From an uncultured Bacillales bacterium (GTDB lineage: Bacteria; Bacillota_I; Bacilli_A; RF39; UBA660): a stretch of DNA of 60,645 nt. Both the position numbers and the translations under genes were made by a program. Under the pieces are notes generated by a model, which saw only the letters and a list, made by a program, of their open reading frames with translations, was not told the DNA's origin and made no database searches. Where the stretch lies: NCBI GenBank assembly GCA_946614095.1, contig CAMOGG010000002.1, forward strand, positions 1 to 60,645. The letters run 5' to 3'. The first letter of the stretch is position 1. Every line of letters starts with the position of its first letter. This document shows positions 10,601 through 18,764 of this stretch, piece after piece.

Positions 10601-10675
10601 GATGAAAGTCTGTTGAAATGTAATAATGTAGATAATGGTAAGTGTGCACAATTTGTTAGTGAGGTGAAAGAATAA
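7649..10675 (+). CDS. Giant cysteine-rich secreted protein C1 (unknown family)
   Basis: Signal/TM segment KILLIVLFVFSVFFVASLS. I count 29 Cys. Paralogous to 15524-18238. The start overlaps the end of the sortase gene; ATG 7649 was chosen after the AAAGG RBS. Confidence 0.8.
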   Translation: MKMLLQHKIKILLIVLFVFSVFFVASLSFDGNSITKKKSEKLEGETVTTSKKVKCENYTVQEAEDKKKSGFDFFGRYGTEGEFSKNGDFTISISPSTSKSNNPVGSDFELYVEKISIVSLLEQNDDLVDSMEKYTVYNSKDYGPDDYRLSKKKSITISRSEVESLASSVTSADADTVLITLKAVKANSDPMCEGTVFYNVEVGLDSFSSAVSEPIEGVETVGDYYIAPVSIDCNNPKDDFEQSYCVGEKGYFNPGTKKTVTVKDKSSDLKRNGGTFKNIRYALKCDAHSIVPSNSSIAKDSASESKYYVNDEILKASHTTSESFGNYTYHYAPGLPTETVPIKVDTTCTETLHVQYGPPVSVKAGICFEYNVKVTSTVVCKASKVPAPKAATYCNPIPKCYHKTGNWTGANAGPNDSFDMCIQQCDGGKYSDYCSQKCYSSIYTVGEKRTSSILDDYSVQQIKSYRKDKNGRQRITTSSNVDKANALIDSINKCLSLEEKSTLKNSHYTMTNYPNVGTSGGINFYGCYYWDESAKEIKWASGIEGNILENSHGKVGNARYAPGRWYGVHRKTSNYAGYSSNDGFMRKAFSSGLCTASCRWDGCSQTEYWNPAQAKADYDENMKVFNDAKTAAEKASTCSEKTTEFTMKVTEYGTYMKSADTLTSKPSGQNIDEKEKLLGKRYVRDYSKCYQTSDINKNEMYQTVWGFPGVWQDAKSMKISFVQVPDSVFISNKFCLPLDAKTVNEKWWTYYYTAQYEHSTTSLTSQTYQDKCMKTTTCTNWVHENDIDWDKDITYNITGSTDNFGHFGWNLDVSCFYAYSTNPTTGKDCKPSIECDSSSGYTVRSVDLSDMFPSPDGETHSADTTGRDTGFNWTKYATNVKKDPNYVSDPIAYLKETQKNEILLRKRGKSTYTNEAELDYRIYLSREDLRNIKKYVTSDSFSYTDYGSRGKFIPNGSVLSYQSNVLRSTTSNGLSVFNSDNILVDESLLKCNNVDNGKCAQFVSEVKE

Positions 10676-10678
10676 TCT

Positions 10679-11206
10679 ATGAATAAAGGTATGTTAACAA
10701 TTGGGATTATTTTACTTTCTATTATTTCTTTGCTATTACTTAATGTTTTAAATAACTATATGACTGGTGGAGAGTTAGATTATTATCTTGTCAAAGAAAC
10801 TGCTGATGCTGCTATGTTAGATGCAGTTGATAATACATATTCTGCTGTAACTTGTGGATTGCCTCGAATTGATAAAGAAAAATTTGTGGAAAGTTTCGTT
10901 TTACGTTTTGGTAGTAGTATTGATGGCAGTAGAGGTTATGAATTGAGCTTCTATGATATTAATGAAGTACCTCCTAAAGTAAGTGTTCGAGTAGATTCAT
11001 TGACTGTCTTGTCATTTAATGTAACCGGTGGAGAGGAAAAGGATACAAAACAAGCGGCTGATATCACAACAGAATATAGTGCTATTTTAGAGAGTAATTA
11101 TATTTCAGATATTACAGTAGAAGAAGGATTAAGAAGTTCAAATCCTACTGATAAATCTTATGATATGTGTCGTCCTCTTGATGAGATTTCAAAAGAAAGT
11201 AAGTGA
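10679..11206 (+). CDS. Small N-terminally anchored protein D1 (pseudopilin-like?)
   Basis: Starts MNKGMLTIGIILLSIISLLL, identical over 20 residues to D2. GAGGTGA RBS lies inside the end of C1. Two Cys. Confidence 0.75.
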   Translation: MNKGMLTIGIILLSIISLLLLNVLNNYMTGGELDYYLVKETADAAMLDAVDNTYSAVTCGLPRIDKEKFVESFVLRFGSSIDGSRGYELSFYDINEVPPKVSVRVDSLTVLSFNVTGGEEKDTKQAADITTEYSAILESNYISDITVEEGLRSSNPTDKSYDMCRPLDEISKESK

Positions 11207-11228
11207 TGTTACTTTCTTTTTTTTGTTT
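11192..11228 (+). terminator. Rho-independent terminator closing cassette 1
   Basis: Stem gaaagtaa/ttactttc (extendable by A/T pairs), 6-nt loop containing the TGA stop, followed by a long T-run. Confidence 0.7.
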
Positions 11229-11313
11229 TTTTAATTATTTTTTATTTTATCTTTTAAAAAAATTGAAATTGTTGTATACTTAATAATAGTAATAATAGGG
11301 GAGTGTGATTTAT

Positions 11314-12867
11314 ATGATTTTTCGTAAACCATATGCATTCTTAATTAAAAATTTTAGAAAAATACATATTGTTTTGTTATTAATTAGTTTATATTGTGCT
11401 TATCAATTATTTGATGTTAGTCGCTTTGTAAGTGATTTTATGCAATATGGTACTTATGATATTTTTCAAAATCCTATTAGTAAACATATTACTTGGTTAT
11501 TAAGACTTTCTACACTTTTGTTGGCTGCAGGTAGTGCTGCGTTATTAATTTTATTACGATATAAAAAGAAACCTTGGAAAGTATATCTCATTCCAATTAT
11601 TGAATATTTGGTTTTATTCTTTGTGTTGGGAATGGTTAGTAGTTTCTTTAATGCTTATTCTAATACGGTAGAGACAACAGATTTACGATTGTCTAGGGAT
11701 TTATTGATGATTTTCATTATTGCTCAATTGCCTGCTATTGGAATTTTCATCATGCGTATTCTAAATCTAGATATTAAAAAGTTTAATTTTAACTCTGATG
11801 AAGAATTTTTACAGTTATCAGAGCAAGACCGTGAAGAATTTGAAGTTAATTTTAATTTTGATATTAATTCGGTTAAACGATTTTCTAGACGTGCTTTTCG
11901 TAATATTCGCTATTTCTATATTGAGCATAAATTAATTTGTAATACTTTAGTAATACTTCTTGTCGTTTTTACTAGTTTCCAAATTTATCGCTCTATTTTT
12001 ATTACCCATAAGAGTTATTCTGAGGGTGATGATTATATGATTAATGGATATACCTTTCAAGTTCATAATAGCTACTATACTGATAAGGATTATAGTGGTA
12101 CTGTGATTTCTAAGAAAAGTAATTTTGTTGTTGTAGATTTGGATGTTGTTAATCATGCTGCACGAAGAAGTTTACGAATTGATAATTTCCATTTGAAAAA
12201 TGGAGTAGAGGATTATACCACTACTAGAAAAACTTATGCAACAGAGTTTCAAGATTTAGGAGAAACTTATGATAGTGTAAAAGAATTACAGCAAAATGAA
12301 AAATTTCATTTTATTATTGTTTTTAAAGTAGATAAAGATTTGAAATATAATCGGTTTCAATTATATTATCAAGAAAAAGATTATTTAAGAAAGATTAAGT
12401 TGAATGTAAAAGATGTTAGTGAGATTCAAGATGAAAAAGTGATAACGATAGGAGATAGTATGAATTTTTCTCTTCGAGGAAAGAAAGAATCTATTTCTAT
12501 TGATGATTATGAGTTTCTTGATTCTGTTGATTATTTAAGTCGTATTTGTGGAGTTGTTAATTGTTTTACGGAACCACAAGTGTTTACTGCCCCAAGTGAT
12601 CAAAAAGTCTTAAAAATTGAATTTTCTTCTATTCTTTTTGAGGGGAAAGACATGGTTGACTTTTCAAATGAATATGGTAAAATTATTTATATAGATAATA
12701 GTAATGAGGATAATGAAGAGGTTGAACTTAACTTTAAGTATCCATTTTCTAAAGTAGCTACTGGTAAATACCTTTATACTTTGGTTCCACGTGAACTAGA
12801 AGAGTCTTCTAGTTTGAAATTAGTGTATGTTGTGCGAAATAAAAAATATGTTTATCAGTTAGTATAG
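11314..12867 (+). CDS. Polytopic membrane protein with extracellular DUF4352-like beta domain
   Basis: About 4 N-terminal TM helices, a charged loop and a further TM helix. These are followed by NFVVVDLDVVNHAARR...FHLKNG...FHFIIVFKVDKD, a DUF4352-type pattern. AGGGGAG RBS, ATG at 11314. Confidence 0.6.
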   Translation: MIFRKPYAFLIKNFRKIHIVLLLISLYCAYQLFDVSRFVSDFMQYGTYDIFQNPISKHITWLLRLSTLLLAAGSAALLILLRYKKKPWKVYLIPIIEYLVLFFVLGMVSSFFNAYSNTVETTDLRLSRDLLMIFIIAQLPAIGIFIMRILNLDIKKFNFNSDEEFLQLSEQDREEFEVNFNFDINSVKRFSRRAFRNIRYFYIEHKLICNTLVILLVVFTSFQIYRSIFITHKSYSEGDDYMINGYTFQVHNSYYTDKDYSGTVISKKSNFVVVDLDVVNHAARRSLRIDNFHLKNGVEDYTTTRKTYATEFQDLGETYDSVKELQQNEKFHFIIVFKVDKDLKYNRFQLYYQEKDYLRKIKLNVKDVSEIQDEKVITIGDSMNFSLRGKKESISIDDYEFLDSVDYLSRICGVVNCFTEPQVFTAPSDQKVLKIEFSSILFEGKDMVDFSNEYGKIIYIDNSNEDNEEVELNFKYPFSKVATGKYLYTLVPRELEESSSLKLVYVVRNKKYVYQLV

Positions 12868-12877
12868 GGAGATTAAT

Positions 12878-14683
12878 ATGATGAAGAAAGATAATAAGTT
12901 GAAGTTTATTGTTACAGTTTTAATATGTTTTGCATTTGCATATTTTTTGATTATTTATCCAATTCAGGTTTTTCGTGGAAATGAGAATAAATTAAAGGAT
13001 GCTGCTGCTCGTTATTTTGAATTAAATCCAAGCCAGTTGCCTACTGGTGAGCGGATTAAAACTGTTGCTTTAAAAGAGCTTTATCATGAAAAGTTTTTAG
13101 AAACGGATATTTATGCTCCGTATAGTAAGAAGACATGTTCTGTCGAAAATAGTTGGGTAAAGGTTCGTAAAGAAAATGAAGCTTATCGTTATTATGTTTA
13201 CTTAGATTGTGGTGGTGCACTTCATTCTTTTGTGGATCATAAGGGACCAGAAATTACCTTGAATGGAAAAAAATATATTTCAATTGGTTTGGGAGAGGAT
13301 TTTACGGATCCTGGTGTTAATCGAGTAGTAGATGCAAAAGATGGAAAAATTGATTTATCAAATGTCATTGTTAAAGGAAAGGTTGATAATCAAAAAGTCG
13401 GTACTTATGAAATTACTTATACAGCTTTTGATCAATTGAGTAATAAAACAGTTGTGACAAGAAAGGTAGAAGTTGTTCAAAAATTATATGATACAATTGC
13501 TACTAAACTAAATGGTACCCGTAATTTTGTGGGAAATCCAGATAATCACTATGTTCAATTATCTAATATGTTATTTAGAGTATTTGGTGTTAATGAGGAT
13601 AATGATGTAATTCTTGTTGCAGATGAAGATGTTGCAAATGTTAATTATTCAAAATTAGATAAATGGTTAGATTATTATTATCAACATCTTAATTCCAATG
13701 CTCAAAAAATGATTGTGGACTCTCAATTTTGTAATGTAAGACTTTCTGAAAATAATTTAGATACTACTCAGTGCAATGCTTATACAAAGAAGAGAAAGAT
13801 TTATATTCCTTCTGTTGTTGAGGTTAATAAAGCAGCTGCAGGGGATGAGAATTTTATGAAGCCTGCTACAATGTCTTGGATTGCTAATTCTAAAACAGAT
13901 AATCAAGCTTATGTGACTCGTGATATTTTCTTTGATCAAGACTATGGAAAAAGTTTTCTACCATATAGTGTGTATGATAATTATGGGGTTCGTCCTATGT
14001 TAGTTATTAAAGGATCTTCCTTAATTACTGATGGTGATGGTACTCGTACAAATCCTTATCTTTTTGGAGATTCTAAGAAAGGGGCAAGTGGTTCATTATT
14101 AAGTAAGAGAAATACTGGTGAGTATGTTACTTCTGGAGGTATGTTATGGAGAATTATTGATACCTTTGAAGATGGAACTGTAAAAGTTGTAAGTGTTTCA
14201 ACTTTATCTAGCCCAAGTTCTGTAGCTAGTTGCTATCCTGATCCTGATAATTCAAAAATTCTTTATAATCCAGAAGATAAAATGAGTATTGGTTATTATA
14301 TTAATAACAAAAGTTCTGATTATATTGATTCTAAGGATTTTGTTAACCATGTTATTGAAGTTCCTATTTATAAGAATAAAATAATATTTGGAGAAGAGGT
14401 CAAAACAGTTAAATATAATGTGATGTTTTCGGCTCCTAATATGTATGAGATGTTTAGTGCCCAGGTTCGTAACCTAGTGGGATATTACCCTCATTCTTAT
14501 TGGCTAGTAAATAGTTCTAATGGAAATCGAATTGCTGGAGCTATTACAGATATTGGGGTTCCAATTAATGAGAAAATTGAAGAATACTATGCTTCTAATG
14601 TTAGAGTGGTTGGTTTTATGAAAAAAGGTCTTACAATCAGTAGTGGAGATGGTACTGAGATTCTGCCTTATAAGGTAAAGTAG
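12878..14683 (+). CDS. Type-A surface protein 2 (paralog of 5096-6865)
   Basis: Collinear with A1 throughout: LPTGERIKT, YYVYLDCG, a DUF5011-type segment (GTYEITYTAFD), DGDGTRTNPYLFG and the end GDGTEILPYKVK. Confidence 0.75.
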   Translation: MMKKDNKLKFIVTVLICFAFAYFLIIYPIQVFRGNENKLKDAAARYFELNPSQLPTGERIKTVALKELYHEKFLETDIYAPYSKKTCSVENSWVKVRKENEAYRYYVYLDCGGALHSFVDHKGPEITLNGKKYISIGLGEDFTDPGVNRVVDAKDGKIDLSNVIVKGKVDNQKVGTYEITYTAFDQLSNKTVVTRKVEVVQKLYDTIATKLNGTRNFVGNPDNHYVQLSNMLFRVFGVNEDNDVILVADEDVANVNYSKLDKWLDYYYQHLNSNAQKMIVDSQFCNVRLSENNLDTTQCNAYTKKRKIYIPSVVEVNKAAAGDENFMKPATMSWIANSKTDNQAYVTRDIFFDQDYGKSFLPYSVYDNYGVRPMLVIKGSSLITDGDGTRTNPYLFGDSKKGASGSLLSKRNTGEYVTSGGMLWRIIDTFEDGTVKVVSVSTLSSPSSVASCYPDPDNSKILYNPEDKMSIGYYINNKSSDYIDSKDFVNHVIEVPIYKNKIIFGEEVKTVKYNVMFSAPNMYEMFSAQVRNLVGYYPHSYWLVNSSNGNRIAGAITDIGVPINEKIEEYYASNVRVVGFMKKGLTISSGDGTEILPYKVK

Positions 14684-14700
14684 TAAAGGAGTGATATGAG

Positions 14701-15546
14701 GTGAATGTTAAGGAAAAAAAGAAATCAATGAAAAGGCAAAGAAAACGGGATAGGACTGTTCTGTTATTAACTATTTCTATATTATGTATTGTTTTTTTAG
14801 GATTAGCATTGTGTAGGAGTCTCATTGCTCCTAAAGAGTATTATCAACTAGAGTCTAGAGTTTCTAATGTTGCTCTTTCTCAAGATAGTAATACTTCTGA
14901 TTACCAAACTGTAGGTTGGTTGAAGGTACAGGGTACTAATCTTGATTTGCCAATTTTAGCTGGAATTAGTGATGATATTAATTTTCCTGTAAAGAAGGAA
15001 AAATATGTTTGGACAGTAAGTAATGATGATAAATTTCATAATAAGATGAATATTATGGGACATAACATTTATAACTTATCTTCTAGTCCAAAAATAGAAT
15101 CTGAAGATTTTCATCGTTTTGAGGAATTGATGTCTTTCGTCTATTATGATTTTGCGAAAGAGAATAAATATATTCAATTGACAATTGATGGAAAAGATTA
15201 TCTTTATAAAATATTCTCTGTAGACTTTATTAATGCAGTTGATATTGATATGATTACAGGAGATGATAGCCTTAATGAAGATATTGGTTATCAAATTGAT
15301 TTATTTAAAGATAATACATTGTATGATTATGATGTAGATGTTAATGAAAATGATAAAATAATATCTTTGATTACTTGTACTAGGTTTTTTGGTACTGATA
15401 AATTTGTTGATTTTTTAGTAAATGGACGTTTGGTTCGTGAAGGAGAAAAGATTGATGATTATTCAGTGAAGAAAAATGATAATTATACAAAAGTTGAAAA
15501 TGTTATAAAAGGAGATGATAGCAATGAATCAAATAGTTCGATGTAG
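14701..15546 (+). CDS. Class-B-sortase-like transpeptidase 2
   Basis: VGWLKVQGTNLDLPIL, IMGHN, ISLITCT and NGRLV. GTG start 8 nt after the AAAGGAG RBS. Confidence 0.75.
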   Translation: MNVKEKKKSMKRQRKRDRTVLLLTISILCIVFLGLALCRSLIAPKEYYQLESRVSNVALSQDSNTSDYQTVGWLKVQGTNLDLPILAGISDDINFPVKKEKYVWTVSNDDKFHNKMNIMGHNIYNLSSSPKIESEDFHRFEELMSFVYYDFAKENKYIQLTIDGKDYLYKIFSVDFINAVDIDMITGDDSLNEDIGYQIDLFKDNTLYDYDVDVNENDKIISLITCTRFFGTDKFVDFLVNGRLVREGEKIDDYSVKKNDNYTKVENVIKGDDSNESNSSM

Positions 15547-18238
15547 AAGAATAATTGGGGTTTTTATTCTAATATTTGCTGTTTCTATCTTTGTTTTCTT
15601 ACCTAGTGAAGTATTTGCAGCTACGAAGAAAGAATGTAAGAATTATCTGACAAATACAAAGTTTATTTCTAGATATAATGCTAATATTACTACCACTGGT
15701 TCAAAAAATAAATATAAGATTTCTATTGAGCCTACTTCTTCTGATAAAAAGTTAGAAAAAGCTCTTAGAAAAGTTATTTTTAAAGTAATTAAAATTAATG
15801 ATAAAAATCAAGATGGAAGTAAAACTGTTTCTTATGGTAAACCTCTAACAATCAATGGTCAATATTTTACCAATGATCTTGGTGAAAAAGAGATGAGTAT
15901 TGTTTTAGAGTCTACTGAAAAAAGTGTCGATCCTAAATGTACTGGTACTGTAACATTTACTCTTGGAGTTACCACAGGTGGAGATGAGATTGTTTTAGAA
16001 GAGGATATTCCTACTATTGAAGATCAGTTTGGTGATGTTCAAGGAAAATTAATTGATTGTACAAAAACTCAGACTGAGGCTTTTGAAAAAGCTTTTTGTG
16101 AAACTAAAAATGCTGCTTTGAAAGCTGATCCTGATGGTACAAAAGGTTTGAATTATTCTGGAAAGTTTAATGGTCATAAGAATTTTAAAGATGTAGTTAA
16201 GGGAGAGAATGGAGAACTTGGTTATAAAAAGCTACAATGTAGTGCAACTAAGTTTGAAATTACTAATGATTATTATGTAAATAAGACACATCTTTATGGT
16301 TATGGTGAATATACTGAAAATTTTGGTAATTATACATATCATTATTCTCCAGGAGTTGTAACACAAGGTGAAAATATTAACTGTAAGGTTAGATGTGAGG
16401 AAGCTGTTGTTGTGGAATATGGTCCTCCGGTTGCTTCTAAAGCTGGTTTGTGTTTTGAATATAAAGTTAAAGTTACAAGTAGAGTTAGTTGTAATATGAT
16501 TGAAAAACCAAAAACTCCTAAAACAACGAAGCATTATTGTACTCCAACGCCTATTTGTTTAACTAGTGCGGGTACTTATACCAATCAAGGTGGTCCTAGT
16601 GAAGAGTTTGATTCTTGCGTTAAAACATGTGATGGTGGTAAATATACTGATAAATGTACGAAGAAATGTTATCAAAAAGTTTATGGTGATTCTGCTACAA
16701 AAACAACTACACGTGGAAAAGAATACTTAACAGAACAAATTAAGTATGGAGCAGATGCTTTTAGCCTTCAAGCGTGTAAAAATGAGAGTGGATTCCATGG
16801 ATGTTATTATCGTGCGGGTAATTCTATTCTTTGGGAAGGTGTTTCAAGTTCAACTCCTGGTAGATGGTACTTAGTTTCTCCTCATAAAGATTTATCAGCT
16901 TATGGAGTATTTGGTAATGGTATTTATCGTCATATTTATGGTGAAGGTAACTATTGTCATGATAATTGTTGGTGGTCTGGATGTTCTGATTCAAATGTTT
17001 ATTTAAATCCTGGTATATCAAAAAAAGATTATGAGAATAATAAGGAATTGTATGACACTGCTGTTGCACAATGTAAAGTTGAAGCATCTTGTACAACAAC
17101 TACAGCTGATTTTACAATTTCAGTAAACTATAAAAATGGTAAAAATGAAGTTAAGACTTTAGACTTCCCTTATACAACTAAGAAAGATAAAATGACATCT
17201 AAAGGATCTGATGAGAAAATAGAAGATACTAACAAAAATAATGATACAACCATCCTATGTGCAGATAGAGATCCTTTAACTGGTAAATGTAATGATGATA
17301 AAGGAAGAGGATGTTACTCTACAAAAGATGCTAAGAGAATTTATATGACAGAGTGGAGCTTCCCAGGTTCTTGGATTAATAATAAATCTGGAGAAATATC
17401 TTATGTTCCTAAAGATGATAAGAGTTGGCAAACTATGAAAAATAAATTCTGTATTCCATTAGATGCACAAGATGTTAATGTTAAATGGTGGAATTATCGT
17501 CAATTAAAAAATCCAAATTATAGTCAATCCTCAGCTTCATCAAGTGCTTATGTTGAAAAATGTGTACAGAATGGCTATGGTATTCAGAATATTAGTACAT
17601 TTAGTAATAGTGATGTAGAGGATTGGAATATTAATGCGAAAACTTCGAATTTTGGTTATTTCGGATGGAATATTCATGTATCATGTTTCTATGCATTAAA
17701 TACAGGAAAACGTACAACTACATCTACTAATACGAATTCTTCTGTTCCTAAAGAATGTTTATCTGATGCTTCTTATCGAATTCGTTCTGTAGATTTAGCT
17801 AATTTATTCCCAGCTACTGATGGATCTGTATCTGAATCAAGAGCTCCTGGATTTAACTGGAGTGAATATGCAACTAAGACAAAAGCTAATAAAGATCCGG
17901 CTAATGATTATTACGAAATTAATCCTGCTAAGTATGCTACATTTGTTGCTTCAAAAGCACAAGCAATTTATTCTGATGAGTACTTAGATTATTCAATTGA
18001 TTTAACTCGTGATATGATTGCTAAATTAAGAAAAGATAGTAAATCTAATAATTACTCTACGTATGCTAATGATGATGAGTATTTTACAAAAAATTATGTT
18101 ATTAATTATCGTAGTCCATTATTTAAAAATGGTGGAGCACTAAGTAGTAGTTCTAAGTATCCTACACTTGAGTCATTGAAATGTAATAATATGAAAAATT
18201 ATAATAGTGGTTGTGAAGAATTTGGAGGTAATGATTAA
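15524..18238 (+). CDS. Giant cysteine-rich secreted protein C2 (paralog of C1)
   Basis: Signal peptide ending SEVFA|ATKK. I count 32 Cys. Blocks shared with C1 include GNYTYHY, YGPPV..KAG.CFEY.VKVTS, CDGGKY, PGRWY, KFC.PLDA, NFG.FGWN..VSCFYA, RSVDL, GFNW and LKCNN. Confidence 0.8.
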   Translation: MNQIVRCRRIIGVFILIFAVSIFVFLPSEVFAATKKECKNYLTNTKFISRYNANITTTGSKNKYKISIEPTSSDKKLEKALRKVIFKVIKINDKNQDGSKTVSYGKPLTINGQYFTNDLGEKEMSIVLESTEKSVDPKCTGTVTFTLGVTTGGDEIVLEEDIPTIEDQFGDVQGKLIDCTKTQTEAFEKAFCETKNAALKADPDGTKGLNYSGKFNGHKNFKDVVKGENGELGYKKLQCSATKFEITNDYYVNKTHLYGYGEYTENFGNYTYHYSPGVVTQGENINCKVRCEEAVVVEYGPPVASKAGLCFEYKVKVTSRVSCNMIEKPKTPKTTKHYCTPTPICLTSAGTYTNQGGPSEEFDSCVKTCDGGKYTDKCTKKCYQKVYGDSATKTTTRGKEYLTEQIKYGADAFSLQACKNESGFHGCYYRAGNSILWEGVSSSTPGRWYLVSPHKDLSAYGVFGNGIYRHIYGEGNYCHDNCWWSGCSDSNVYLNPGISKKDYENNKELYDTAVAQCKVEASCTTTTADFTISVNYKNGKNEVKTLDFPYTTKKDKMTSKGSDEKIEDTNKNNDTTILCADRDPLTGKCNDDKGRGCYSTKDAKRIYMTEWSFPGSWINNKSGEISYVPKDDKSWQTMKNKFCIPLDAQDVNVKWWNYRQLKNPNYSQSSASSSAYVEKCVQNGYGIQNISTFSNSDVEDWNINAKTSNFGYFGWNIHVSCFYALNTGKRTTTSTNTNSSVPKECLSDASYRIRSVDLANLFPATDGSVSESRAPGFNWSEYATKTKANKDPANDYYEINPAKYATFVASKAQAIYSDEYLDYSIDLTRDMIAKLRKDSKSNNYSTYANDDEYFTKNYVINYRSPLFKNGGALSSSSKYPTLESLKCNNMKNYNSGCEEFGGND

Positions 18239-18762
18239 TGAATAAAGGTATGTTAACAATTGGAATTATTTTACTTAGTATCATTTCTTTGTTACTAATC
18301 AATGTATTAACAAATTATTCTACAGGAAGTGAGTTAGATTATTATCTTGTAAAAGAAACTACTGACGCTGCTATGGAAGACTCTATTGATAAAGTTTTCT
18401 TAAGAGAATGTGGATTACATAGAATTGATAAAGAAAGATTCGTTGAGAACTTTCTTTATCGGTTCGCTAATAGTGTGGATTCTACTCGTGATTATCATAT
18501 TAAATTTTATGATATTAATGAAGTTCCACCTAAAGTTAGTGTTAAAATTGATTCTTTGACTGTTTTATCTTTTAATGTAACAGGTGGAGATGAAAAAAAT
18601 ACTAAACAAGCTGCTGATATTACGACAAGTTATGATGCTATATTGGAAACAAATTCTTTGTCTGATTTATCAGTAGAGGAAGGACTTAAAGAGTCAAGTA
18701 AAAATTCAGTAACTTATGATCAATGTCGATCATTATTAGAATTAAAAGGGAAAGGAGAATAA
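18238..18762 (+). CDS. Small N-terminally anchored protein D2
   Basis: The ATG overlaps the C2 stop (TAATG). Roughly two-thirds identical to D1 by eye. Confidence 0.75.
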   Translation: MNKGMLTIGIILLSIISLLLINVLTNYSTGSELDYYLVKETTDAAMEDSIDKVFLRECGLHRIDKERFVENFLYRFANSVDSTRDYHIKFYDINEVPPKVSVKIDSLTVLSFNVTGGDEKNTKQAADITTSYDAILETNSLSDLSVEEGLKESSKNSVTYDQCRSLLELKGKGE

Positions 18763-18764
18763 AA

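Larger units (their letters stand above)
5096..11206. repeat. Cassette 1 of a diverged tandem duplication (A1-SrtB1-C1-D1)
   Basis: Same four-gene order as 12878-18762, and all four products align with their counterparts. Near-identical nucleotide stretches occur, e.g. atgaataaaggtatgttaacaattgg at 10679 and at 18238. Confidence 0.85.
12878..18762. repeat. Cassette 2 of the diverged tandem duplication (A2-SrtB2-C2-D2)
   Basis: See cassette 1. Same gene order, and the same overlapping junctions (SrtB/C overlap; ATGA-type C/D junction). Confidence 0.85.

Noticed and set aside
18723-18764. Upstream-extended starts proposed by the ORF track here, and also at 2090, 28743, 38353, 38944, 44289, 45368, 46295, 51497 and 55994.
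   Set aside because: In each case an internal ATG preceded by a Shine-Dalgarno sequence at proper spacing gives a more plausible N-terminus. The extension overlaps the upstream gene or an intergenic promoter.
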